From positions 24,304,001 to 24,368,000 of the forward strand of contig OZ024757.1 in the NCBI GenBank assembly GCA_964016885.1: DNA of 64,000 nt. Reading direction: 5' to 3'. Under the pieces are notes generated by a model. It was given only the letters and a program-made list of their open reading frames with translations, was not told the origin of the DNA and searched no databases. Below are positions 51,281 through 64,000 of the stretch, one piece after another. The position numbers were made by a program, and so were the translations under genes. Each line of letters begins with the position of its first letter. The stretch's first letter is position 1. The DNA comes from Eledone cirrhosa (lineage: Eukaryota).

Positions 51281-51767
51281 ATAGCTGTATAGGTCGCAGC
51301 TTATAGCCGTGTGGTGTGTGGGTGGGAAATGCCGATAGCTGTATAAGACGTAGGAAAGGGCTGTGTGGTGGGCTGTGCTTGGGTTGGATGAGGCGCTGGT
51401 AATGACCGTTTAGGTTGAGGCGGAGATGACTATGGTGGGGAGCAGACATTTCTTCAGTGTATAAACAGAATTGATCCGGGGTGGCTGAAGAGTAGATTTG
51501 ATAGATATGACGAGAGACCGGGTGGGATAGTCAGACATTGTAATGATCTGTGATTACGGCAAGGTGTATAGATGCATAGGGGTGTACAATGATGTACAAA
51601 TGTGTATAAGAGTGAATGTGTGTATATATATATATGTAGAAGTTCTATTTAAATTGTTGGGATACAACAAGCAAATATTTTTATAACTGATATAAAGCAC
51701 TAAACAAATTTTTGGAGTAAAAATACGATATATTAACAAATGGAAACTATATTTATAAAACCATATT

Positions 51768-51832
51768 TATTTCATTATACATATTTCAAGGACACCAAGT
51801 TAAATTATGGTGTGCTTTCATCAGATAAAATA
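51768..51832 (-). ncRNA. Minimal type I hammerhead ribozyme, family H1
   Basis: Near reverse complement of 51841-51905. Confidence 0.85.
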
Positions 51833-51840
51833 TTATATTA

Positions 51841-51905
51841 TATTTTATCTGATGAAAGCACACCATAATTTAACTTGGTGTTCTTGAAATATGTATAATG
51901 AAATA
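51841..51905 (+). ncRNA. Minimal type I hammerhead ribozyme, family H1
   Basis: TATTTTAT-CTGATGA-aagcACACCA...TGGTGTtctt-GAAA-TatgtA-TA-ATGAAATA. Confidence 0.85.
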
Positions 51906-52119
51906 AAAATGGTTTTAAAAATATAGTTTCCATTTGTTAATATATCGTATATATATATATGTGTGTGTGTGTGAGTGTATATGTATGTGTGTGTGTATGT
52001 ATATATATATATGTGTGTATGTATATATATATGTGTGTGTGTGTGTGTATATATATATATGTGTGTGTGTATGTATATATATGTGTGTGTGTATGTATAT
52101 ATATGTGTGTGTGTGTATG

Positions 52120-52697
52120 TGTGTCTGTGCGTTTGAATCCCTAAAGTTCGAGAAGTACCCAACCGACTTTTTTGAAACTTTACATGTGTATTACTTATGT
52201 TTCATCTCCTAGGGCCCGCATTAGGTGAAAAACTGCGTTTTTTCGGGTTTTTAGGTGCTTTTTGAGATGTTACGTCAGACTTATTTCATTGAAATTGTAA
52301 CAATGTATTAATCAGTCTCTTCTTCATACCGTGAGCAAAGAAAATCCAACTTTTTTTATGGCCTAGGGCCCGCATTAGGTGAAAAACTTCATTTTTTTCA
52401 GCTTTTTAGGGCTTTTTTGAGGCGTTACGTCTAGCCAATTTTTCCCGAAATTTTCAAGGCATATTATATGCACATAAAAAAATTCATTTTTTTATCCCCT
52501 AGGGCCCCGCATTAGAGGAAAACCTGCATTTTTCCTGCTTCATCAAGGAAAATCTTAAAGATTATCCAAGCCATCAGAGTATTCGGTTTATTTTCTTTAC
52601 ATATTGTCCAGGCCTGCAGTTTTTTCACGATTAGGTCTCTTGGCGGCCCGCGTTCCAAAATACCTTATCCCGTGCAACGCCTGGTACCATTGCTAGT
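52120..52697 (+). mobile_element. Non-autonomous Helitron-like element
   Basis: 3' CCCGTGCAACGCCTGG imperfect hairpin then CTAGT; three internal CTAGGGCCCGCATTAG subrepeats. Confidence 0.6.
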
Positions 52698-52732
52698 ATA
52701 TATATATATATACACACATATATGTATATATA

Positions 52733-52765
<33 letters not shown>

Positions 52766-52768
52766 TCG

Positions 52769-52857
<89 letters not shown>

Positions 52858-52946
52858 TCGTATATATATATACACACATATATGTATATATATTATAAGA
52901 ATAAAGGAACCAAGAATCAGTGTTGCATCATAACATATTTAAATAA

Positions 52947-53036
52947 CGTATTACATATGTTTCACTGTCGATCAGCTCGAGGAACGATCTATTTTTGATC
53001 GAACCTGACTCTGGAATCGAAGAATCCTCAGATATG
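52947..53036 (-). ncRNA. Type I hammerhead with long (~60 nt) stem II
   Basis: Reverse complement CATAT-CTGAGGA-long hairpin-GAAA-CatatG-TA-ATACG. Confidence 0.65.
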
Positions 53037-53180
53037 CCTCAGTATGTAAGCTCGTCTTTGATTTTGTGCTAATATCTGCAGTACCTTGTTATATTTACCA
53101 CATTCTAACAACGTGGTGTTCTGCGGTCTCCGCTCATTTGGTTCGTTATTCATCGTAAAATCGGTTTATTTACAAAATAA

Positions 53181-53573
53181 CTGTTTCTACTTTTGGCACA
53201 AGGCCAGCAATTATCCCAGTGTATTACTGGTACTTTATTTTATCGACCCCCGTAAGGATGAAAGGCAAAGTTAACTTCGGCGGGATTTGAACTCAGACCA
53301 TAAAGGGCCGTAACTCTTTGCTGCAAAGCATGGCGTCCGACCCTCTACCGACACTGTCAATCCACCACCCTTTGGTTTCTTTACAAAATAACTGTTTCTA
53401 CTTTAGGCACAAGGCCAGCAATCACCCAGTGCATTACTGGTACTTTATTTTATCGACCCCCGTAAGGATGAAAGGCAAAGTCAACCTCGGCGGGATTTGA
53501 ACTCAGATCGTAAAGGGACGTAACTATGCTGGAAAGCACCGTGTCTGACCCTCTACCGATACTGCCAATCCAC
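53181..53573 (-). mobile_element. Two tandem SINE family A copies (53181-53368, 53393-53573)
   Basis: Both preceded by TTTACAAAATAAC; nested inside an element with inverted ends 52900-52930 / 53648-53675. Confidence 0.85.
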
Positions 53574-53772
53574 CTCTCATCCGGTCAAATTGTCGCGTGC
53601 ATTCGTGCATGAAAGACTGTCTGCCTTCTTCCATAGCCACACTTGTTTGATGCAACACTGATTCTTATTCCTTTATGCTTATACTACTATTATACTCTGC
53701 TCTGCGCGAACATTGAGTGCTCACCCAGCATACAGCCTACGGTCGCAATTATCTTGCGCCTATATATATATA

Positions 53773-54515
53773 TAACGAAGGAGTTGTGGTAAGGAACCAG
53801 ATGGACCATAACGCACCAGAGTACTCAATACTTAAGGTAGTAGAGTGTGTAATAGGAAAAAGTATGAGCCCGTCCAGAAATAGCCGTCGAAACGGCTTGA
53901 GCTCTGCCGTCGAGGTCATACTTTTTCCTATATATATATATAGCCGTTTCGACGGCTATTTAGGAGTTGTGGTAGGGAACCAGATGGCCCATAACGCACC
54001 AGAGTACTCAATACTAAGGGTAGTAGAGTTGGTAATAGGAAAAAGTATGACCCCCGACGCAGGGGTCCAGAAATAGCTGTCGAAACGGCTTGAGCTCTGC
54101 CGTCGGGGTCATACTTTTTCCTATATATATATATATATAGCCGTTTCGACGGCTATTTAGGAGTTGTGGTAGGGAACCAGATGGACCATAACGCACCAGA
54201 GTACTCAATACTAAGGGTAGTAGAGTGGGTAATAGGAAAAAGTATGACCCCCGACGCAGGGGTCCAGAAATAGCAGTCGAAACGGCTTGAGCTCTGCCGT
54301 CGAGGTCATACTTTTTCCTATATATATATATAGCCGTTGCGACGGCTATTTAGGAGTTGTGGTAGGGAACCAGATGGACCATAACGCACCAGAGTACTCA
54401 ATACTAAGTGTAGTAGAGTGGGTAATAGGAAAAAGTATGACCCCCGACGCAGGGGTCCAGAAATAGCCGTCGAAACGGCTTGAGCTCTGCCGTCGGGGTC
54501 ATACTTTTTCCTATA
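53773..54515 (+). repeat. Head-to-tail tetramer of ~190-bp family H2 units
   Basis: Units start about 53773, 53941, 54138 and 54331, each ending in (TA)n. Confidence 0.9.
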
Positions 54516-54662
54516 TATATATATATATATATATAAGAAAATCAGGGTTTTTTATTAAAAAAAAAAGAAAAAAGGAAAAAACTAGATGTCCTGTACGGGT
54601 GAAAGTATAAGGAAAAGAAATGGAAAATGCAACTGGAGCCTTTTAAGAATATTTATTTATTT

Positions 54663-54700
54663 ACTTCATTGGTTTCACAGTCCTTGTGCTTTTCAAAAGT
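54663..54700 (-). ncRNA. Degenerate U3-A8 hammerhead (relative of 17128-17165)
   Basis: Reverse complement ACTT-TTGAAAA-GCAcaaggacTGT-GAAA-ccaa-TG-AAGT; G at the cleavage position, probably inactive. Confidence 0.5.
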
Positions 54701-56002
54701 GAAATTGAGATGGAGGGTTTGTGTTTCTGTTGTGGTTTGTCTCATGGGAGGGGTGCTGAGTATGTGAGAATATTCAGAAATTGTGATTTTCTATAATTAC
54801 CGGGAGGGTGGTATGGATGTAGAGGTATAAAAAGTTGCGTGCGGTGTACATAACGGTGTACGGGTGTATATTGGTGTACATTGGGTGTATATATTAGTGT
54901 ATATACACCCAATGTGTATATACACTATATATGGTGTACATTGCGTGTATGTATGCGTGAATATTCAACCATTGTAATGTTCTATGATTACGGAGAGGTG
55001 TACAGGGTATAGAGTTGTATATAGGGATGAGTATATAGGAGAGGTGTGTATATAGGGGGGGTATATAGGAGAGGTAGGTGTGTATATAGTGGGGGGGGGG
55101 TGGCTATGTGGGAATATTCAGATTATCTGAACGATCAAAGTAAGATTAAAGTTTAGAATATTTAAATAATGTGTGGGTGTAAGTAGAGATACAATATGTG
55201 GTGGTGTGGTGGTGTGTTGTGGTGTGGCGGTGGTGGTGGTGGTGTGGTAGTGTGTTGTGGTGGTGTGATGGTGGTGTGTTGTAGTGTGGTGTGGTGGTGT
55301 AGTGTAGTGTGGTGTGGAGGGGTGTTTAAAGCTAGTTTATCGTGTAGAAATAGCAGGGTTGGATAGATAGATAGATAGATAGATAGATATAGATAGAGAA
55401 AGAGAGACATAGATAGACAGATAGATAGATAGAGAGAGAGATATGGATAGATAGAGAGAGAGAGAGAGAGAGATAGAGAGATAGATAGATATAGATAGAG
55501 AGAGAGAGAGATAGAGAGATAGATAGATATAGATAGAGAGAGAGAGATAGATAGATATAGATAGAGAGATAGAGAGATATAGAGAGAGAGAGATAGAGAG
55601 AGAGAGATAGATAGAGAGATATATATATAGAGAGAGATAGATATAGATAGATAGATAGAGAGAGGGAGGGGCTGGCGGTGTAAATTGAGCATTACATAGA
55701 CTGAAATGTTAGTGGTACAATATAAGTGTGTATGTATATATAAGAGGAAATATATAGTGTGTATATGCATATATATATATATATACATATATATATACAT
55801 TCACTCATACTCACGCTCATACACACACACATATATATATATATATATTTACATACATACATTATAAATATATATATATATATATACATACATACATTAT
55901 AAATATATATATATATATATACATACATTATAAATATATATATATATATATATATACATACATACATACATTATAAATATATATATATATACATACATAC
56001 AT

Positions 56003-56038
<36 letters not shown>

Positions 56039-56089
56039 CATACATACATTATAAATATATATATATATATATACATACCTACATTATAA

Positions 56090-56120
<31 letters not shown>

Positions 56121-56125
56121 CATAC

Positions 56126-56212
<87 letters not shown>

Positions 56213-56279
56213 GTATGTTCTAACGCAGCAATATACATACATTTTTGCACACACTCACACAGAGTGAATGTATAGGGTG

Positions 56280-56902
<623 letters not shown>

Positions 56903-57680
56903 GCAGATGTGTATGTATGTCACTAACACGCCACCAACGACCACTGATCCACTACCCACCCCCCACAAACACCCCCTCCCCACCGCCAGTCTATATTATA
57001 TCATCAACATAATATACATAATGAGGTGAATATATTAATAAATTGATATCAATTAGAGACAAAAGATGGTGCATGTTCTCACAACTGCAACAGGGGGACA
57101 ACGGAACCGGCAGTTTCGTTTCACACCGCATATACACACACATATATACACACATATATATATATATATACATACATATACATATATACACACATATATA
57201 CATATATACACATATATATGCATGTATACACATATATATGCATGTATACACATATATATACATATATACACACATATATATATATACACATATATATGCA
57301 TGTATACACATATATGTACATATATACACATATATGTACATATATACACATATATATATATATATATATACACATATATACATACATACATACACATATA
57401 TATACACATATATATATATATATACACATATATACATATATACATACATACACATATATACATACATATACACATATACACATATATATACATATATAGA
57501 CACATATATATGTATATATATATATGACACATATAGACACACACATATATATATATATACATATATACGTACATACACATATATACATATATATACACAT
57601 ATGCATGCACACACATACACATACAGACACACATATACTGTATATATCTACATAGATACAAATACACATACATGCATACA

Positions 57681-58235
57681 TGGTGGCTGCCAACTCGTTT
57701 TCGAGTACGGTCACTACTTTATATCCATGTAGGAGAACTCCTACCGATGCGCTGAACGAGTGTGACTTTTTAGTCCAGACAGCGACTTGAAAACTCTGGT
57801 ACAAACACTGCACTTGTGACAATTATTGACATATAGTGTTGGGCCCATGGTACCATGTGACAACAAGTGCAGAGAGATCTCCAGATATAAAGCAATGCCT
57901 GTGCCGTGAAGCTTTTATAGTGAGCAAAGGCCCTGCACAAAGCCAGTCCCACTCTCTTAACCAAGATGATATTTACCAAAAAGAAGAACAAGTCAACATC
58001 ATTGGATACCATCAGGGTTGCAGGTGTTATATCAGAGTTTTCCTTCTCCTAGAATTCTGCCTTGACAAAGGCTAAGGGGTCATCTCTCCCAGTGATTTTG
58101 GATGACCATTGACTCTTAAGACTCTTAAGAGCTTTGCCCTTTGACAGGTTTTGTTTTTAGTCCTGCAGGATGTCCAAAGTCACACTCCTCACCAAGAAAC
58201 CTTGGTGGGGTTGCCAGTTTAGTCGCCAACGACTC
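57681..58235 (-). mobile_element. 600-bp non-autonomous element
   Basis: Reverse complement of 38698-39268; unedited. Confidence 0.85.
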
Positions 58236-58244
58236 GAACATGCA

Positions 58245-58276
<32 letters not shown>

Positions 58277-58360
58277 CACATACAAATGCACACACATATA
58301 TATTTATGCACATATACACATATGTATTCACAAACCACCCCCCATATACACACGCGCGCG

Positions 58361-58410
<50 letters not shown>

Positions 58411-58502
58411 CGCATATAGATAGAGAGAAAGAGAGAGAGAGACCCGAGTTGTGTCGGGTTCTCTCAATACATTGTCGAGTATAGCCATTTTTATGTTATA
58501 TG

Positions 58503-58594
58503 GAAATAACTTCTACAGGGCTAGAACTGTTTCATTCCTATGAAATCATTGACTTCATAGGAATGAAACAATTCTGGCCCTTTAGAAGTTATTT
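58503..58594. repeat. Short fold-back with hammerhead-like remnant
   Basis: GAAATAACTTCTA...TTTCATTCCTATGAA / TTCATAGGAATGAAA...TAGAAGTTATTTC; relatives at 225-280 and 8750-8875. Confidence 0.65.
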
Positions 58595-58641
58595 CTACAT
58601 AAATTGATATATATAAAATAATTACATATAAAATAATATAT

Positions 58642-58730
<89 letters not shown>

Positions 58731-58816
58731 GTAATCTGAGTTTTCGAATATTAATTCGAAACATTCGATTCGTTTGCAATTTTGCAAACGAGCCTCAAGT
58801 TTATAGCCATGTCAGT

Positions 58817-59132
58817 AGAGTTCAAATCCCGCCGAGGTTGACTTTGCCTTTCATCCTTACGGGGTCGATAAAATAAAGTACCAGTAATACACTGGGGTAA
58901 TTGCTGGCCTTGTGCCAAAAGTAGAAACAATTATTAATATTCGACAGGTGGATTGACAGTATCGGTAGAGGGTCGGACGCGATGCTTTGACGCATAGAGC
59001 TACGGCCCTTGCCATTCTGAGTTCAAATCCCGCCGAGGTTAACTTTGCCTTTCATCCTTACGGGCTCGATAAAATAAAGTACCAGTAATGTACTGGGTAA
59101 TTGCTGGCCTTGTGCCTAAAGTAGAAACAATT
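58817..59132 (+). mobile_element. Two tandem SINE family A copies (58817-58932 truncated, 58947-59132 full)
   Basis: Match to family A. Confidence 0.85.
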
Positions 59133-59295
59133 ATATATATATATATATATATATATACAAGCAAAAGGGATATTTAATTTGTTGGTAATTCAACAAACAT
59201 ATTTATTTATAACAGATTCGAAGCACTCGACAAGTCTTCTGGAGTATAATATCAATGATATTAATAAATGGAAACTATATTTATAAAACCATATT

Positions 59296-59356
59296 TATTC
59301 TATTATGTATATTTCAAGGGTATCCAAACTTTGGTACGTTCTCATCAGATAAAATA
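59296..59356 (-). ncRNA. Minimal type I hammerhead ribozyme, family H1
   Basis: Reverse complement TATTTTAT-CTGATGA-stem II-GAAA-TatacA-TA-ATAGAATA; element ends in hairpin 59393-59447. Confidence 0.8.
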
Positions 59357-59704
59357 GAAAATGTGTTTTATAAATATTGACATATCCAAGATGGAGATCT
59401 TAACGGTTCAAGGTTTTCCTGGAAAAACTTGAACCGTTAAGATCTCCTTTTTGAGAGGGTCCCGTTGGCTGCAACGGTCTGTATATATATATATATTTAT
59501 ATATGTGTGTGTATATATATATGTATATATATGTGTATATTTAACGAAGGAATTGTGGTAAGGAACCAGATGGACCATAACGCACCAGAGTACTCAATAC
59601 TTAGGGTAGTAGAGTGGGTAATAAAAAGTATGACCCCGACGCAGAGATCCAGAAATAGCCAGAAATACCTATTATGTGTATATTTATATATATAGGTATA
59701 TATA

Positions 59705-59861
<157 letters not shown>

Positions 59862-60000
59862 ATAATATGCATATGTACACATATATGCACACACGCAAAT
59901 ATACATACGTACAGGTATATAGCTTCTCTCTGCTAGCCTTCACTCATAAAGTGTTAATGACCCTGAGGCTATAACAAAAGACACACTCTCAAGGAACAGC

Positions 60001-60056
<56 letters not shown>

Positions 60057-60060
<4 letters not shown>

Positions 60061-60279
60061 ATAATAATAAATTTGAAGACTAAAATCCAAAGAGGGCTCG
60101 ATAAGGATAAATATATATCAAATATATAAGAACTGTAGAGCAAATATTTATTAAAATAACAAAAGTTTAAGCAAAGAATCGCTGCTTTCACCCTTAACGG
60201 GATCTTCTGAAACTAGTAGTTTCAGAAGATCCCGTTAAGGATGAAAGCACCGATTCTTTGCTTAAACTTTAATCTGTCA

Positions 60280-60285
<6 letters not shown>
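60057..60285. mobile_element. Fold-back of the CAGAAGA-core family
   Basis: Arms about 60150-60215 / 60217-60285 centred on GAAACTAGTAGTTTC. Confidence 0.75.
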
Positions 60286-60343
<58 letters not shown>

Positions 60344-60346
<3 letters not shown>

Positions 60347-60531
60347 CGAAGGAAATGTGGTAAGGAACCAGATGGACCATAACGCACCAAAGTACTCAAT
60401 ACTTAGGGTAGTAGAGGGTAATAGGAACGAGTAGGACCCCGACGGCTGAGCTCAAGCCGTTTCGACGACTAATTCCAGAATTAGCCGTCGAAACGGCTTG
60501 AGCTCAGCCGTCGGGGTCCTACTCGTTCCTA
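60344..60531. mobile_element. Family H2 element with ~53-bp-arm hairpin
   Basis: ATAGGAACGAGTAGGACCCCGACGGC... / ...GCCGTCGGGGTCCTACTCGTTCCTAT. Confidence 0.85.
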
Positions 60532-60538
60532 TATATAC

Positions 60539-60606
<68 letters not shown>

Positions 60607-60674
60607 CGGTTCCTTTGGTATCTATCTGGATCATTAATACTTTGTGTGAAAATTAGCAGACGGAAGCTATGCAC

Positions 60675-60724
<50 letters not shown>

Positions 60725-60764
60725 GATATAAAACAAATGGAAACTACATTTATAAAACCATATT

Positions 60765-60830
60765 TATTTCATTATATATATTTCAGGGATATCATATTAA
60801 AAATATGGTATGCCCTCTTCAGATAAAATA
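60765..60830 (-). ncRNA. Minimal type I hammerhead ribozyme, family H1
   Basis: Reverse complement of 61075-61140. Confidence 0.85.
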
Positions 60831-61074
60831 CAATATATAAACAGTTTTATAAATAAATTTTCACATACCTTAGAATTTTACAACTTCCATTTAAAAAGTT
60901 GTTATGGTATAACTGATATAAAACAACTTTACCATAACAACTTTACCATAACAACTTTTTAAATGGAAGTTGTAAAATTCTAAGGTATGTCAACTTTACC
61001 ATAACAACTTTTTAAATGGAAGTTGTAAAATTCTAAGGTATGTCAAATTTATTTATAAAACTGTTTATATATTG

Positions 61075-61140
61075 TATTTTATCTGAAGAGGGCATACCAT
61101 ATTTTTAATATGATATCCCTGAAATATATATAATGAAATA
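61075..61140 (+). ncRNA. Minimal type I hammerhead ribozyme, family H1
   Basis: TATTTTAT-CTGAAGA-gggcATACCATATT...AATATGATATccct-GAAA-TatatA-TA-ATGAAATA. Confidence 0.85.
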
Positions 61141-61267
61141 AATATGGTTTTATAAATGTAGTTTCCATTTGTTTTATATCGTAAAATACTCCAAAATCTG
61201 TTGAGTGCTTTTATATCAGTTATAAAATATTTACTCGTTGTAACCCAACAATTTTAAATAAAACTTT

Positions 61268-61344
<77 letters not shown>

Positions 61345-61756
61345 CGGTTCTTTGGTATGTATCTGGATCATTAATACTTTGTGTGAAAATTGACAGACGG
61401 AAGCTATGCACGTATATATATATATATATACGGTTAGAGTTTCTCCGTGAACATGTATCGCTATGTCGATACGATCAGTCCGCAGAGATAAATTATTAGT
61501 ACACAGCTTTGTAATGGTATCAAAGGATGTTCAAAACGTCCGGAATCATATGAGACGTTAAATTATCTCGTGTATCACTGAATAATCTCATGAAACGATC
61601 TTATCTTTGTTTCAAACAAACCAACTTGACCTAAACGTTAACGTACAGGAAATAGAGGTCTTAGATTAAGAGACTTCAACCTTTGTTTTATTTAATATCA
61701 ACCTTTCGTCACGCCTGAATGAATTCCAGTTTCTTCATTAACGCATTCGTTGTCAT

Positions 61757-62467
61757 ATTTTTAATGAAAGACATTGCTGACTAAGTAATTTTTAATGAAA
61801 GACATTGCTGATTAAGTAATTTTTAATGAAAGACATTGCTGACTAAGTAATTTTTAATGAAAGACATTGCTGACTAAGTAATTTTTAATGAAAGACATTG
61901 CTGATTAAGTAATTTTTAATGAAAGACATTGCTGACTAAGTAATTTTTAATGAAAGACATTGCTGACTAAGTAATTTTTAATGAAAGACATTGCTGATTA
62001 AGTAATTTTTAATGAAAGACATTGCTGATTAAGTAATTTTTAATGAAAGACATTGCTGACTAAGTAATTTTTAATGAAAGACATTGCTGACTAAGTAATT
62101 TTTAATGAAAGACATTGCTGACTAAGTAATTTTTAATGAAAGACATTGCTGATTAAGTAATTTTTAATGAAAGACATTGCTGATTAAGTAATTTTTAATG
62201 AAAGACATTGCTGACTAAGTAATTTTTAATGAAAGACATTGCTGACTAAGTAATTTTTAATGAAAGACATTGCTGACTAAGTAATTTTTAATGAAAGACA
62301 TTGCTGACTAAGTAATTTTTAATGAAAGACATTGCTGACTAAGTAATTTTTAATGAAAGACATTGCTGACTAAGTAATTTTTAATGAAAGACATTGCTGA
62401 CTAAGTAATTTTTAATGAAAGACATTGCTGACTAAGTAATTTTTAATGAAAGACATTGCTGATTAAG
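61757..62467. repeat. 31-bp minisatellite, ~23 copies
   Basis: Unit ATTTTTAATGAAAGACATTGCTGA(C/T)TAAGTA, contiguous. Confidence 0.95.
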
Positions 62468-62559
62468 ATATTTCAAATAGTTTTGAAAATATTGTATATT
62501 TATATTTCACATGAAAATACATTTGTTAGAATTGTATTTTCATATAACAAATGCATGCA

Positions 62560-63085
62560 TTTAGGGTACGCATGGTCCCGTATCTACTGAGGGTGTGGTA
62601 GGGGCACTGTATTGACATACGGCTTTTCTAGGGTATTTTTACACCTGGCAAGAGCCCATTTCCTCTCCAGGTTTGAATGCGGCAGATTTCTTCCAAGGAA
62701 GGATAGAATGGAAGTGAGAAAGTAATATGGAGGAAGAATCGACCTCAGTAGTTGACTGGTATTTTTTTTTGGATTGGCAGTATCGGTAGAGGGTCGGACG
62801 CCATGCTTTGACGCATAGAGTTACGGCCCTTGCCATTCTGAGTTCAAATCCCGCCGAGGTTAACTTTGCCTTTCATCCTTACGGGGTCGACAAAATAAAG
62901 TACCAGTAATACACTGGCTAATTGCTGGCCTTGTGCCTAACGTAGAAACAATTATTTTTTTATCGATCTTGAATGGATGAAAGGTAAAACTGACCTCGGT
63001 GGGATTTGATCTCAGAGAGCCGAAACAAATCGCGCAAAGCATTCCATCCGACAGTCTAATGACTCTGCCAATTCACTGCTTCACA
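62560..63085 (-). mobile_element. SINE family B with SINE family A (62771-62952, +) nested in its A-rich tract
   Basis: Family B body resumes after 62953; TATTTTTTT on both sides of the insert. Confidence 0.8.
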
Positions 63086-63298
63086 TAACAAATATATAAC
63101 ATTAAATAGAAGCCCACACATATAAACGAGTAATTATTGATAGGAACTTTATAAATATAATACATAAATATATATAATCGAAGCGTGAGAAAAAAAAATC
63201 CCATCAATTCAACACTAATTGCGTCAATCGATCAGACGCCACAAGGTCATCGGAAATTTTTGAGGCAAGTCAACACGCTTTGAAAATATTCTACACGC

Positions 63299-63409
<111 letters not shown>

Positions 63410-63419
63410 GAAGTGGTTA

Positions 63420-63457
63420 CGAGCTGAGGATCCGCTAAGGTGAAACAATTGTTCTCG
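63420..63457 (+). ncRNA. Minimal type I hammerhead ribozyme (38 nt)
   Basis: CGAG-CTGAGGA-tCCgctaaGGt-GAAA-CaattG-TT-CTCG. Confidence 0.75.
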
Positions 63458-63554
63458 GTATGGTGAACTAACTGTTGTGTAACCACTTCTACCTAACTCG
63501 TCCCATGGACTGAGTGCTCTACCACTACTGATATTACCCTCCAGTGTTCCACCA

Positions 63555-63595
<41 letters not shown>

Positions 63596-63761
63596 TATTA
63601 GTATTGGTGCTCTGAAATAGCGTTGTATACATGAATGTATGTTTAGTATATTTGGCAATATACTACTGTATGTTTAATTAAAACCATTTAGAAGACCGTT
63701 CGCTATCAGTTTTAAAGTAGTGGCTATGTCACTTATTTATTCTCGGCAAAAACAATAGAGA

Positions 63762-63811
63762 GCGGCCGACAGACAGTCTGTTTCTCGCTTGTGAGCGTTT
63801 ATCAAGACCAC
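63762..63811 (-). ncRNA. Type I hammerhead, U3-A8 variant, in the loop of fold-back 63647-63990
   Basis: Reverse complement GTGGTC-TTGATAA-aCGCTcacaAGCGa-GAAA-CAGActgTCTG-TC-GGCCGC. Confidence 0.75.
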
Positions 63812-64000
63812 ACCCTCAGTTGCCTTTGCCGAGAATTAAAGAAGCTGGATTCTTATAGAGTTCCAGTAATAATCAGGAGCTGATTGTTTTTGCCGAGAAT
63901 AAGTAAGTGAGATAGCCACTACTTTAAAACTCATAGCGAATGGTCTTCTAAATGTTTATAATTAAACATACAGTATATTGCCAAATATACTATATATACA

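Larger units (their letters stand above)
51637..51950. mobile_element. H1 fold-back with head-to-head hammerheads
   Basis: Arms 51723-51832 / 51841-51950. Confidence 0.85.

Noticed and set aside
61757-62467. CRISPR-like 31-bp repeat
   Set aside because: No spacers; it is a simple minisatellite with one variable base.

Overview
This is AT-rich, microsatellite-saturated eukaryotic DNA, intronic or intergenic. By inference from its SINE repertoire and repeat landscape it is probably from an octopod cephalopod. No intact host CDS is supportable: almost all ORFs in the track are translations of (TA)n, (CA)n, (ATGT)n or (ATGGT)n repeats. The real content is mobile DNA: tRNA-derived SINEs (4 families); an ~600-bp non-autonomous element sharing its 5' end with an RTE LINE; fragments of RTE, CR1-group, Tx1-like and R4/Dong-like LINEs; Tc1/mariner, hAT and Helitron-like remnants; and two Penelope-like (PLE) GIY-YIG fragments. 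Two things stand out. (1) There is a dense set of minimal type I hammerhead ribozyme motifs (about 20, in several unrelated families). They sit in short segments between (TA)n tracts, usually as fold-back palindromes with a ribozyme on each strand, and one is physically linked to a PLE endonuclease. (2) One copy of the 600-bp element (2316-2920) carries about 28 clustered A-to-G changes relative to its siblings, the signature expected if an ADAR-hyperedited RNA was reverse-transcribed into the genome. All alignments and folds were done by eye, so coordinates may be off by a few bases.
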